A DNA stretch of 64,000 bases from Octopus vulgaris. Lineage: Eukaryota. This document shows positions 29,531-42,826 of this stretch, piece after piece. The stretch is taken from contig OX597820.1 in NCBI GenBank assembly GCA_951406725.2, positions 54,126,001 to 54,190,000 on the forward strand. Direction: 5' to 3'. A program made the position numbers and the translations under genes. How positions within the stretch are numbered: the stretch's first letter is position 1; every line of letters begins with the position of its first letter. A model generated the notes under the pieces. The model was not told the origin of the DNA. It searched no databases and saw only the letters and a program-made list of their open reading frames with translations.

Positions 29531-29765
29531 TATTTCTTTATTACTCACAAGGGGCTAAACACAGAGGGGACAAACAAGGACAGACATAGGTATTAAATCG
29601 ATTACATCGACCCCAGTGCGTGCGTAACTAGTACTTAATTTATCGACCCCGAAAGGATGGAAGGTAAAGTCGACCTCGGCGGAATTTGAACTCACAACGT
29701 AACGGCAGACGAAATACCGTTAAGCATTTCGCCCGACGTGCTAACGTTTCTGCCAGCTCTCCGCC
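29531..29765 (-). mobile_element. Family B SINE monomer
   Basis: Complete unit; ccatcatacc occurs on both flanks (probable TSD). Confidence 0.88.
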
Positions 29766-29799
29766 ATCATACCATCATACCAGCATGAACGCGACTGGC

Positions 29800-30095
29800 T
29801 CTCCTGGCACTTTGCCAGTTACGACGAGTGTTCCAGTTGATCCAATCAACGGAACAACACGCTCATGAATTTATCGTGGAAGTGGCTGAGTACTCAACCG
29901 TCATGCGTACCATTAGCGTAGTTCTCAGAGAGATTCAACATGACGCTGAGTGTGACAAGGCTGGCACTTTGAATTACTAGTACTACTCATTTTTGCTAGC
30001 TGAGTGGACTGGAGCAATGTGAAATAAGGCCAGGAATCGAACGCACGACCTTACAATCGAGAGTCGAGCACCCTAACTATTATACCACACGCCGT
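29800..30095 (-). mobile_element. Diverged D-head/C-tail SINE
   Basis: Same architecture as 5000-5285. Confidence 0.65.
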
Positions 30096-30244
30096 CAAAC
30101 ACAGCTACCAAAAACAGCAACAACGCAAACCCCCACCAACACCAGTAGACAGCTAGTAGAACGCAATTATCAGGAAAGTTTTATAAACTGACATCTTCAA
30201 GGGTTCCAACCGTTGTCCAGTTAGGCACATACTCATATATACAT

Positions 30245-30275
<31 letters not shown>

Positions 30276-30416
30276 TACATACAGTCATACATACATACAT
30301 ACATACATACATACATACATACATACATACATACATACATACATACATACACACACATACATACATACAGTCATACATACATACATACATACATACATAC
30401 ACACACATACATACAT

Positions 30417-30449
<33 letters not shown>

Positions 30450-30586
30450 TACGCACAAAGATGATAGTGTTCAGCCCACTGACATATTTTTTGAACAGGT
30501 TTTACTTTTCATAACAATAAACCAGATTGGGGTCATTGTTTTAATATATATATATATATATATAAGTATGTATGTATGTATGTATG

Positions 30587-30619
<33 letters not shown>

Positions 30620-30662
30620 GTGTATGTATGTATGCATGCATGTATGTATGCAGGTATGCATG

Positions 30663-30706
<44 letters not shown>

Positions 30707-31094
30707 ATTATATAGAAGGAGCTTCTACAGGACTAGTACTGTTTCATTCAAGAGAAATCTTCAGGAAGCTATTTAACAAGAATTGTATTAGCATTTATAC
30801 ATTTAGGCAGGTTTAAAGGAGTGGTGGTGGGGGACTTTTTGGGGGTAGGCATAGCGCAAAATATCATACTTGGGGAGTGGTCAAGGAGTCAGTGGTAAGT
30901 TAGATGAAAGAATAGATAAATAAAAAATAAAAAAATAAAAAATAAAAATAAAATAAAAAAATAAAAAAATAAAAAATATAAAAAATATATATAAAATATA
31001 TATAAAAAAATATATATATAAAATATATATATAAAAAAATATATATATAAAAAAAGGGGGATAGAGTTATAGGTAAATAAGGAGATTCTCACTT

Positions 31095-31164
31095 ATACCT
31101 ATACACACATGTATACGTATCTACACACACATACATACATACACATATATATACACACACATAT

Positions 31165-31205
<41 letters not shown>

Positions 31206-32084
31206 CATATGTACACACATACATACATATCTACATACACACATACATACACCCGCCCACATATACAAATTTATACACATGCACATGCCTATACCTGTCT
31301 ACACATACACACACGTATATATGCATACACTCACTCCCATGCATGCACGCATACACACATGTATATATATATATATATATACCCACGACCACACATACAT
31401 ATATACACATAAAAATATATATTCATACGCACATACACTCATGCACACACAACACACCTAGTTCCCTATATACACATATTTACACCTATATATACATACA
31501 CCCACATACACCTATGTACACATATATATATATAAACATATACACGCATACATATATATACATGTGTGCACATACATACATACACACATATATACATACA
31601 CATACACATACACATGTGTACCTATACATACCTACACATACACACATACATACATACAAATATACATATACATATATATATATACAATCCAATACAGGCC
31701 CATTCCCTAATTTTAATTTTTATTATCTTCATTTATTACTTTTGTTATCTTTGATCGCTAGGGCTAAGAATCCTGGCAATGGCTGCATGTCCATTTGTCT
31801 GTCTACTAGAAGGCAAGTACTCATTCCCGCACGCACACTCATTAGCACGTACATTCACCCATTCGTACACTCATACACATACACGTACGCACGCGTTATA
31901 TTCATACATACAAACATCTACATACGTTCACGTATATACACATACGTACTCGTACCTACAGATTCGTGTCTACACTTTAGGAGGCTAGTCTATACATATA
32001 CACCAATAAATATACATATATATATATATATACCCGCATATACATACACACACACACATATATACTCCTACATACAGATACATA

Positions 32085-32134
<50 letters not shown>

Positions 32135-32312
32135 TACATACACATACACACATACATATACACACACATACATACACATATATATACATACACAAACATA
32201 TATACACACATATATATATATACATACACACATACACACATACATACGTATACATACATACATACATCCATACATCCATACTTACATGCATTTATACGCA
32301 TACACACACCCA

Positions 32313-32353
<41 letters not shown>

Positions 32354-32630
32354 TCACACATACATATACAAATCTACGCACACACATACATACATACACG
32401 TATACGCATACACGCACATACACATATACATGCGTACCCATACACGTGCACACACGCACGCGCATCCATATATATACACACACACACATATATATACACG
32501 TGTGCAAGCATACATACATACTCATACGCGCACACATACTTACAAATACATATATGCACACACTTACACACATATATATACATACACATATACATGCATA
32601 CATACATATATGCATACATACACACACGCA

Positions 32631-32684
<54 letters not shown>

Positions 32685-32735
32685 TAGATACACATACACA
32701 TACATACACATACACATACATACACACATATACAC

Positions 32736-32774
<39 letters not shown>

Positions 32775-32975
32775 TACATATATACACATATACATACATA
32801 TACATACACACACACATACATATATACATATACACTGATACACATACCCATACATACACATGCATATACTTATATCACTACATACTCACATATATAAACA
32901 TATATACATATACACACATACATATATACATGTACATACACATACGTATGCATATATATATATATACATACATAT

Positions 32976-33010
<35 letters not shown>
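31095..33010. repeat. About 1.9-kb cryptic (TA)/(CA)/(TACA) low-complexity array
   Basis: Direct inspection; source of the spurious 655-aa H/I/T/Y ORF. Confidence 0.95.
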
Positions 33011-33011
<1 letters not shown>

Positions 33012-33144
33012 GTCTATATATGTATTTCCATTCCAGGTTCAGTCCCTCTGCGTGGCACCTCCGGCAAGTGTTTTGAACTATAATTCCAGGCATACCAAAG
33101 CCTGGTGAGTAGGTTTGATAAATGGAAACTGAAGGAAGCACGCC

Positions 33145-33222
<78 letters not shown>

Positions 33223-33465
33223 GTGTGTGTGTGTCTTTATTTCTGTGTTTGTCCCCTCACCCTCGTTTGACAACCGATGTCGTTGTGTTTACATGCATGT
33301 AACCAAGCGTTTCGTCAAAAATAACTGATACAGTAAGTACTAGGCTTACAAACAATAAGTCCTGGATTCGATTTCTTCGACTAAGAACCCCTTTAAGGTG
33401 ATGCTTCAACAAGAAAAGAATATATAGACATACACACATACACACACATACTATATATATATATA

Positions 33466-33962
33466 TATATTTATCAAAAGAAAAACAGGATGCAAAGGAT
33501 TTAGCGGTACATATGTTTCTGGCCTTTATTAGACAATTTATATCAATGCATAATTGATGTAATATGTATGTCAACAGCCTTCATCAGCCGCGCACAATTA
33601 CCACACATAGGACATGTATTACATTATAAATTTGGGAAAAAGGCGATTTTCGTTGGGGATGCAAATCCTCATATTCGTATACAGCAGAGCGAGACACCGA
33701 AGCAAAAGCAAAGTACCCATACCGTTTTTCACTCGATATCTAGTGAAAAACGGTATGGACGCTTTGCATCCCCAACGAAAATCGCCTTTTTCCCAAATTT
33801 ATAATGTAATACATGTCCTTCGTGTGGTAATTGTGCGCAGCTGATGAAGGCTGTTGACATACATATTACATCAATTATGCATTAATATAAACTGTCTAAT
33901 AAAGGCCAGAGACATATGTACCGCTAAATCCTTTGCATCCTGTTTTTCTTTTGATAAATATA
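33466..33962. repeat. About 500-bp near-perfect palindrome (fold-back element) with a one-sided bulge
   Basis: Arms 33466-33665 and 33763-33962 are reverse complements with few mismatches; inner stem ccataccgtttttcact/agtgaaaaacggtatgg centred on gatatc (about 33735-33740); about 45 extra nt on the left only; TA at both ends. Confidence 0.95.
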
Positions 33963-34734
33963 CTCTATCACCTACACCACTAACTGGCATATACAGGTGC
34001 TTACAGTTATCAAGTATTCACCCTGAATTTTATATATATATATATATGATACAAAAATGGATTTATTGACCCCTGACACCACACTACACGAAGTGAGTGC
34101 AACTCTGAGCTACCGACGATGGTATGAAGCCAAAAAGCAAACACACCAAGTAATGCTCAGAAGAAAGGGAAAGTTCAACCTGGAATTTATGCTTTGTATC
34201 ATCAGAACAATAAAATATACGATAATTCGTTTTAAGAAATGGAAAATATATAATTAGAAACGTATTACTGATATTTCCTTAATTATTCATCGTTCAAAAA
34301 AGCTCCTTCATTGAGTACAAATATGCACGTATGCATTCACATATGCATGCTATGTGTGCAAGAGTGTGTTGGTAGTGTGCATATAGTGTGTGTGTTTTGC
34401 AACTTTGGCAAAGGTCTATCCTGATTGAACAGAGCATGTTGATAGAAAAGGTAGACTCTTCCATCGGTCTCTTATTCGGGCATAGTGCATCTTGGACGGC
34501 AGTTTTCCATTGTAGCCATTTGCAAAACTTATTGTGCATAAAATGTACGGTTAATTTGTTTTTGTTTGAAGAAATGGAAAATACATCATATGAAATGTAT
34601 GATTGACATTTCTTTAATAATTCATCTCTCAAAATCTGCTACATTGTGAAGAAATACGCACACATGCACACAGACATGCATGCGATGTGTGTAAGAGCGT
34701 ATGTGCAGTATGCAAACAGCGCATGTGGGTGTGT

Positions 34735-34802
<68 letters not shown>

Positions 34803-34899
34803 CGGGAAGCTTTATGAAAATAGACAAAAGACGAAGGCAGGTGGGAAACAAACAAACAATTGTATTAGTATGGCGCTCAGGAAATATAAATAAAACAAG

Positions 34900-34937
34900 T
34901 CTTTAACGTTTCGAGCCTACGCTCTTCAACAGAAAGA
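34900..34937 (-). ncRNA. Minimal type I hammerhead-like motif, variant core CUGUUGA
   Basis: Minus strand: tcttt CTGTTGA a gagc-gtag-gctc GAAA cg TT aaaga; 5-bp stem I, 4-bp stem II, palindromic aacgtt in place of stem III. Confidence 0.6.
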
Positions 34938-35104
34938 TACACAGAGAGAAAAAAACACAGAAAGAAGGAGAGAAAAAAATGCGTGCAGTAACTAACGAAT
35001 CAACATGGCGATCTGATTTCGGCTTGAGGTCAAAGATCAAACATGAGACGCGAGAGCGAAATAAGGGGAGATAATAGGGTTGATAATAGGGTTGAATGAC
35101 CAGC

Positions 35105-35435
35105 TATTAGTGCGTAGGAGAGGTCTGGACGTGTGTATGTATAGGGTTGGTGTATGTATTAGTATGTATTAGTATGTATAAGGGTGTGTGTGTGTGTGTG
35201 TGTGTATGAGAGAGTATTAGTGCGTATGATAGGTCTGGACGTGCGTATGTATGGGGTTGGTGTATGTATTAGTATGTATTAGTATGTATTAGTACGTATT
35301 AGTATGTATAAGTGTGTGTGTGTGTGTATGAGAGAGTATAAGTGCGTATGAGAGGTCTGGACGTGTGTATGTATAGGGTTGGTGTATGTATTAGTATGTA
35401 TTAGTATGTATTAGTACGTATTAGTATGTATTAGT
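35105..35435. repeat. Three tandem copies of an about 110-120-bp composite unit
   Basis: agtgcgta(g/t)ga(g/t)aggtctggacgtg(t/c)gtatgtat(a/g)gggttggtgtatg(tattagtatg)n starts near 35105, 35215 and 35336. Confidence 0.9.
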
Positions 35436-36687
35436 TGGTGTATGTATTAGTATGGCACATCATGTATGATGTGATGTGTAAAGTCGTGTGGTGTAGTGTG
35501 GAGAGAGGAGAAGAGGGGAGGGGGAGAAGAGGGGGAGGGGTGGGGAGAGGGGGAGAAGGAAGGGGAGGAGGATGGGAGGAAGGAGGAAAGAGGGAGAGGG
35601 GGAGAGAGAAAGGGAGTGAGGGAGCAGAGGGAAGGGGAAGAGGGAAGGAGGGAGGGAGAAAGAGGGAAGAAGGGAAGGGGAGTAGGGGTGAAAGGATGAA
35701 GGACTGAAGAAGTATGGGTCGGGGGGAAGGATAGGTGAGGAGGGGGAGAGGGGGGTTAGATGAGGAGGGGGGAGAGTTGAAACCAAATGGCGTATAAGAG
35801 CGAAGAGAGATGCACACATATATGTACACATGCGGCAGGAGGGACAAGGAAGTGCAGCTCCATCCAACTCGCTTATTCACCAAAAACTGTACCGAATGGA
35901 GAACCAAAAACACTGAAAGGCCGTGCCCCTGGCTGAAACCAATAAAATAATGAAAGAATAAAAGAACATATATACATATATATGTATGTATGTACGTAAG
36001 TATCTGTGTGTACACCGCGTATTTTTATTGTCCAGGAACACGTAAACTAAAATGTAATCTGAATGTCCAGTCTTAATTTACTCCACACCCTCCCACCTCA
36101 TTCATCACCACACTGCCTTATATGGAGCTTTACTGTTATTTTTTTTGCCAGGTTGTATAACCAGTTGTTGCTTGTGCTGCTTCCACTAATGCTATTTATT
36201 GTTGCTGTCATCATTGCCACTAAGGACTAGGCCAGTACTGAACAAGCAAACCTACAGCATGCTAGGTGTCGGCTGAACAGGACACGACCCACACATCAGT
36301 TATTGCAGTCATACCATGAGTCCGCTTACCTAAGAACTTTACTGTACATTCTGACATGCAAAAGTTAATCGTATGAGCTGCATTGTGACAACCTGGTCGT
36401 GTTGCCCTCGCCGCTGTGAAACCTGCGTCTGTACATCCGGTCTTGCAGCTGCTACTGCTTTGTACCATTACTCTGTTACTCTACTCTTTTACGTGTTCCA
36501 GTCATTTGACTGTGGCCATGCTGGAGCACCGCCTTTAGTCGAGCAAATCGGTCCCAGGACTAATTCTTTGTAATCCTGGTACTTAGTCTATCGGTCTCTT
36601 TTGCCGAACCGCTAAGTTACGGGGACGTAAACACACCAGCATCGGTTGTCAAGTGATGTTGGAGGGACAAACACAGATACACAACAT

Positions 36688-36725
<38 letters not shown>

Positions 36726-37396
36726 TAATAAAAGGAATTCCAACCTTGTCTGATTTTCACGTTTTATTTACAATCTTATAATGATATATTATAAGATAAT
36801 ATATTATAATTGAATAAAATAAAATGAAATAGTAGAATGTTAAATGTTCATTCTGATTGAACTAGTACTTTCATGCATTGAATTCTGCAATCTTCGGGTT
36901 CATGTAGTAGTGGTGACAGTCATGCTTCACAATTTTTGACTGTAGCAAGATGCTTGATTATGTGCTATAAATACAGCTGGGTAGGCTCCAGAGTGCTAGG
37001 TTTTGCAAACTGTATTCTGACCAATCAGTGTGTAGTATCACTCAATTACTTAAGCTGATTGGTTGGTTGAGCTGATTGGTTTAGGCATCACGCTTTGTTG
37101 GACATGTCAAGAGTCCTGTATCTTGACCCTGGCCGAAGCAGCAATTGTTGGGTTATTTTTAGAAATGTTGTAAATATCCTTTGTCAGAGATTTTTATATT
37201 TTTATATTTCAATTGTCATCATCATCATTGTCAGCACCTTAATTATTGTTGCCAGTGGTGATGGTGGTGGCAATAGAACTTTTAACCCTAAATAAGATAA
37301 TTTTCCTGCTATCTTCATCTTGATCACCTTTAGTATTGTTGTTGTTGTTAGTGGTCATGGTCGTAGCAGTGGAAGTAGTACCTCTAAGTATTATTA

Positions 37397-37625
37397 TTAT
37401 TGCTTATTTAGCTTGGGTTCGAATTTATCAATAAAATTCTTTTCTCTGATTCTCCTCTCGATTTCACTTGGGCTGTGTAATTTGTAGAACGGAAATATTA
37501 TATACATTTTCCGGCCACATGTTGCTAGGTGGTTACTCAAAGGTATCTGACGGACCTCTGGGTCTCTAATCTGTTGCCGGTGTACACGTGGGCGTTCTAA
37601 TAGTGCGTTTCCCGTCTGACCTACA
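37397..37625 (-). pseudogene. GIY-YIG endonuclease C-terminal fragment of a Penelope-like element
   Basis: VGQTGNALLERPRVHRQQIRDP...LSNHLATC...ERRIREKNFIDKFEPKLN shows YIGxT, R..EH-like, catalytic E and terminal LN motifs; 5'-truncated at a (CA)(TA) tract. Confidence 0.8.
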
Positions 37626-37644
37626 CACACATATATATATATAT

Positions 37645-37808
37645 ACGACGTGCTTCTTTCAGTTTCCGTCTACCAAATCCACTCACAAGGCTTTGGTCGG
37701 CCCGAGGCTATAGTAGAAGACACTTGTCCAAGGTGCCACGCAGTGGGACTGAACCCGGAACCATGTGGTTGGTAAGCAACCTACGTACCACACAGCCACT
37801 CCTACGCC
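37645..37808 (-). mobile_element. Family A SINE head
   Basis: Matches the family A head. Confidence 0.85.
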
Positions 37809-38046
37809 ACATTCTGCCGGAATTGAACAGCATACGTTCAAATAAAAGGTACCCTTTTCTGTCGGTCTCTGATTTAAGCATAGTGCATCTTTTCAAAACT
37901 TTATAATGCATGCATATAAATATGTATGTGTGTGTTAGGCAGCTGTGACACCATCCTTCTATCAGTTGCAGTTCAGGCCGGAGTTTTAGTGGTAAACCTA
38001 CCCGAGCACTTATAGTACATACTCGTTATATTACATCAATAGACGG

Positions 38047-38126
<80 letters not shown>

Positions 38127-38219
38127 ATTGAAGAAATGGAGCTGAACGCAGATTGAACAGAATCGTTTTATAAATAAAACGATTTCTGTTCAATCTGCGT
38201 TCAGCTCCATTTCTTCAAT
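38127..38219. repeat. About 45-bp-stem hairpin at the start of a dispersed repeat (38127-38385) inserted in (TA)n
   Basis: attgaagaaatggagctgaacgcagattgaacagaatcgttttat pairs with 38174-38219 (one bulge); right arm plus extension is homologous to 45400-45590. Confidence 0.9.
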
Positions 38220-38389
38220 TCACCAATAATATTTTAATTTCAATTATCCGCACCAACGCACGGTTGCAACACCATATGGTTGTACCTCCAACCGTGCTGT
38301 TTACTGCTGTGATTTTTGCTACTAAGGTATCGGTTAAACTTTTGATTAATCTACTACAAGATTATTCATCTTTCTATTTCACATAATAT

Positions 38390-39105
<716 letters not shown>

Positions 39106-39489
39106 TAAGGGGCTGATTGCTACCTATCCTAGATACCAGGAAATTCAAAAATGGAAGAAATTAAAAAAATAGTGCTCATGAGAACCGTTCGTATCCTACG
39201 AAAAATATTGTCTATGTAATCCACATTACATTTTAATCTGTAACCATTGTCAAAAGTACTCTTAAATGCACATAATAACAAACATCTTTTCTTGTCATTT
39301 TAAGATCACACTATCATCTTATCAAATTACTTTTAAGACTTTCTAGAACAATACCCGATGCAAAACCAAAAATATGGAACCCTAGTCATAATACCAACTT
39401 GAACATCTATCTTGTTGTCTCTTAAGGTTTCTGAGTGTGACTTGTAGACAAATTGTACAAACACAAAAGCAAAAGCCAAACGCAGATAT

Positions 39490-39700
39490 TTCGAATTTTT
39501 GCCACAAGGGCATCTTGGGGGAAGTGGGGGATAGTCGATTACATCGACCTCAGTATTCAACTGGTATTTATTTATCGACCCCGAGAGGATGAAAGGGAAA
39601 GTCGACCTCGGCGGAATTTGGACAAAGAACGTAGCGACGGGCGAAATACCGCTAAGTATTTCGTCCAGCGCGCTAACGATTCTGCCAGATCGCCGCCTTT
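39490..39700 (-). mobile_element. Family B SINE
   Basis: Match to the family B body. Confidence 0.8.
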
Positions 39701-39711
39701 AAAAGCCAGAC

Positions 39712-39762
<51 letters not shown>

Positions 39763-39767
<5 letters not shown>

Positions 39768-40321
39768 GCCCTGATGCAGTACCAGGCAGTGGCTCTCATG
39801 GCTTCTGATCTTAACTGATTGGAAGTGTTATCATGTACATTGTTTTGTCTTGGTATAAAAGATGGGCTACAGCAAATATTCTGCTCAATACCACAGATTT
39901 GCTTGTCAGTTGTTTGACCTTAACCAGTTGAGCATGTCCCTTAGTGGCTGACGATATGTGCATCTCTGATCACGAGCAGAAGTAGTGGGGGAGCATCATA
40001 GCCATGTGTTGAGAGGGATTCTTTGGGGTTTGAATAGTTCACCTCTGGAAACATGGGTGGTTCTTTCAACATCCTTAAGCAACCCTTATTCAGGGACCGT
40101 TTGAGCGGGATGGGCTACTCAACCTGAAGAAAATTCTAACTGGGCCCCACCTGCAAGGTCATGTGCTGTTTATCTTGATATGAGATCACCATGTCGCGCA
40201 CATATGGTTGTGATGCATGTGCCTGGTGTACCTTTATCAGACGGGTAGTCATGATGGGTATATTGGGCTTCGTATATTTTACCCCAGTGTCACTTTGATG
40301 GCATGAACTGCTCTCTCACTC
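39763..40321. mobile_element. About 560-bp non-coding insertion inside an (AAT)n microsatellite
   Basis: Complex sequence with sharp ends flanked on both sides by same-orientation (AAT)n; consistent with a microsatellite-targeting non-autonomous retroelement. Confidence 0.6.
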
Positions 40322-40388
40322 AATAATAATAATAATAATAACAATAATAATAATAATAATAATAATAGTAGTAATAATAATAATAATA

Positions 40389-40458
<70 letters not shown>

Positions 40459-40487
40459 CGATGATGATGACGACGACGACGACGATG

Positions 40488-40519
<32 letters not shown>

Positions 40520-41127
40520 GATAAATACATTTACCCAGTACTTGAGTGGTACTTTATTTTAAAGTCCTCCACAACTGATAGGAAGAATGGAGGGCATTAT
40601 TCTTAAACTGCAAGCCCGACATGAACGAGTGCAGCTGAGTGAACTCAACTAGGACCCGGTGGTTGTGTCAGTCGGACGACGAATTAAGTGTACCAACCAA
40701 TGATACCTTCCGCTTTTCAAATTTCACTTCCAAAACTCTGACCGTCCTAGGATTGTAGTAGATAAACGTGTCTAATGTGCAGTGCTGCAGTGCAGTATGA
40801 TCAATATCCTGTTCTTAACCAATCATCCATTCTTCTCGGTAGTATCAGGGTACGGTATATGATAATGTAATTTGAAAGTATGCAAAAATATGATATTATT
40901 GCTAACTTTGACAGTATTTTTTTCCATCTCCAGATGAACAGAAATCATAGGTTCTTGATGAGATCAAAACAGATGTTTTACGCGAGGATGAAAATGGTTT
41001 ATCAGTAAGTAATTAGCAAATATCTTCAGTGCTTGGGACCACAAAATGAAAACATTGTTTTGTGGGAGACAGACGTTGTTTCGACTTTAGTTTGGTTTGA
41101 GGGGAAGGATACAATCTTTTACTATGT

Positions 41128-41314
41128 TACTCTTTTACTTGTTTTAGTCATTTGACTGCGGCCATGCTGGAGCACCGCCTTTAGTCGAGCAAATCGACCC
41201 CAGGACTTATTCTTTGTAAGCCTAGTACTTATTCTATCAGTCTATTTTGCCGAACCGCTAAGTTACGGGGACATAAACACACCAGCATCGGATGTCAAGC
41301 GCACAAACATATAC

Positions 41315-41381
<67 letters not shown>

Positions 41382-41547
41382 TACATATATATGATGGGCT
41401 TCTTTCAGTTTCCGTCTACCAAATCCACTCACAAGGCTTTGGTCAGCCCGAGGCTATAGTAGAAGACACTTGCCCAAGATGCCACGCAGTGGGACTGAAC
41501 CCGGAACCATGTGGTTCATAAGATAGCTACTTACCACACAGCCACTG
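41128..41547 (-). mobile_element. Full-length family A SINE
   Basis: Head and tail match other copies. Confidence 0.88.
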
Positions 41548-41924
41548 CTGTACACAATTAATGAAGCGTCTGCAAATCTAATATTCAAATACACCTTTAG
41601 TTTGTAACCTTCCAGTGATTGGGTGTTCCTCAAAGCATCAGGATCAATGTATGAATGAGTTTTGGTTTCTTGGAGAAGAAAAGCAAGTTTATGATTCATA
41701 TACTACGGATGGCCACAGTATTTGGAATACTTTCAATCTTCAAAATCTTGAAAATAAAGAGTGAATGGTAATACAAAGAATGAAATAAATAAAAAAAAAC
41801 TTGATTATTTTAAAACTAATTTTCTTTACAAACTCACCACGGTTGATAAACGCCAATCACGAATATCATTTAAACATGCTTGTATACATACATACATACA
41901 TACATACATACATACATACATACA

Positions 41925-41955
<31 letters not shown>

Positions 41956-42497
41956 GTGCTCGTGTTTGTATGCGTTGGTGTGTTGACGAAAGACGATAGA
42001 CAGAGATTTCAATTTCCAATAACTGTGTATACATATCATATCATATATACATGCATATATGTATGTATGCATGTAGTGGTGGATGGGTGTTTGTGCGTGT
42101 GTGTGTGTGTGTGTATGTGTGCGTGTACGTACGTATGTATGTATATGTAATGATGGTACCACGAGGATACGAAAGACAAGATAAACTTTATTATTACATT
42201 AACGCTCAGAGAAAATAGAAATGGCTGGCCGTTTCAGATGTAATATTTTCCTTTGAAAACAATAAAGTTGAAAAAAAGACAGAATAATGAAGAAAATGGA
42301 AAGAGAAACAAAAGCATAGTTGAAGCACATTTATACCAATTTTCAAAATACTTAATCACTACAGCTCCATTTTGTAAAATGTTCCTCAAGTGATATGATT
42401 ATACATACACGCATACATACATACATACATACATACATACATACATACATACATACATACATACATACATTCATACATACATACATACATACATACA

Positions 42498-42531
<34 letters not shown>

Positions 42532-42541
42532 CATACATACA

Positions 42542-42826
42542 TAAATATCTTGAGAAATTAGGTTTCTCAAAACCAGAAAGGAGAAAGCTGATTCGAAGAA
42601 TGCAGATCTAAGCCATCGATGAAAATGTAAAAGTCTGTAAAACTTTCTAGAAGTTTATCATTTAAGTATATATGGGCATTTCTAGATATACAACTATATA
42701 CGTGAGAAGCATAAAACAAAACATAAAAATTGATGTGGAAATTCCAATCAAGGAGCCTTGGATCTAGGTTAGAAACCGGCTCTTTCTCTATTGGCAAAAA
42801 ATCTTGAAATAAAGCTGAATAATCAC
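42542..42826 (+). mobile_element. 3' end (ORF tail plus UTR) of an RLE-type non-LTR element inside (TACA)n
   Basis: KYLEKLGFSKPERRKLIRRMQI*AIDENVKVCKTF*KFII* resembles RLE C-termini (LxxLG...LQxxAIxGTxKIxKxF); (TACA)n on both sides. Confidence 0.55.

Larger units (their letters stand above)
34802..35966 (-). mobile_element. Candidate non-autonomous Penelope-like/retrozyme-like element
   Basis: Bounded by (TA)n tracts; hammerhead-like motif near one end, internal tandem repeats and a purine tract; terminal motif gcgctcaggaaa recurs in reverse at about 45020-45125. Confidence 0.5.

Noticed and set aside
31109-33076. 655-aa ORF and the many other H/T/Y/I/C/V-rich ORFs
   Set aside because: They are translations of (CA)/(TA)/(TACA) microsatellites, which lack stop codons by composition.
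33841-33860. ctgatgaaggctg as a hammerhead
   Set aside because: No downstream stem II closure or GAAA.
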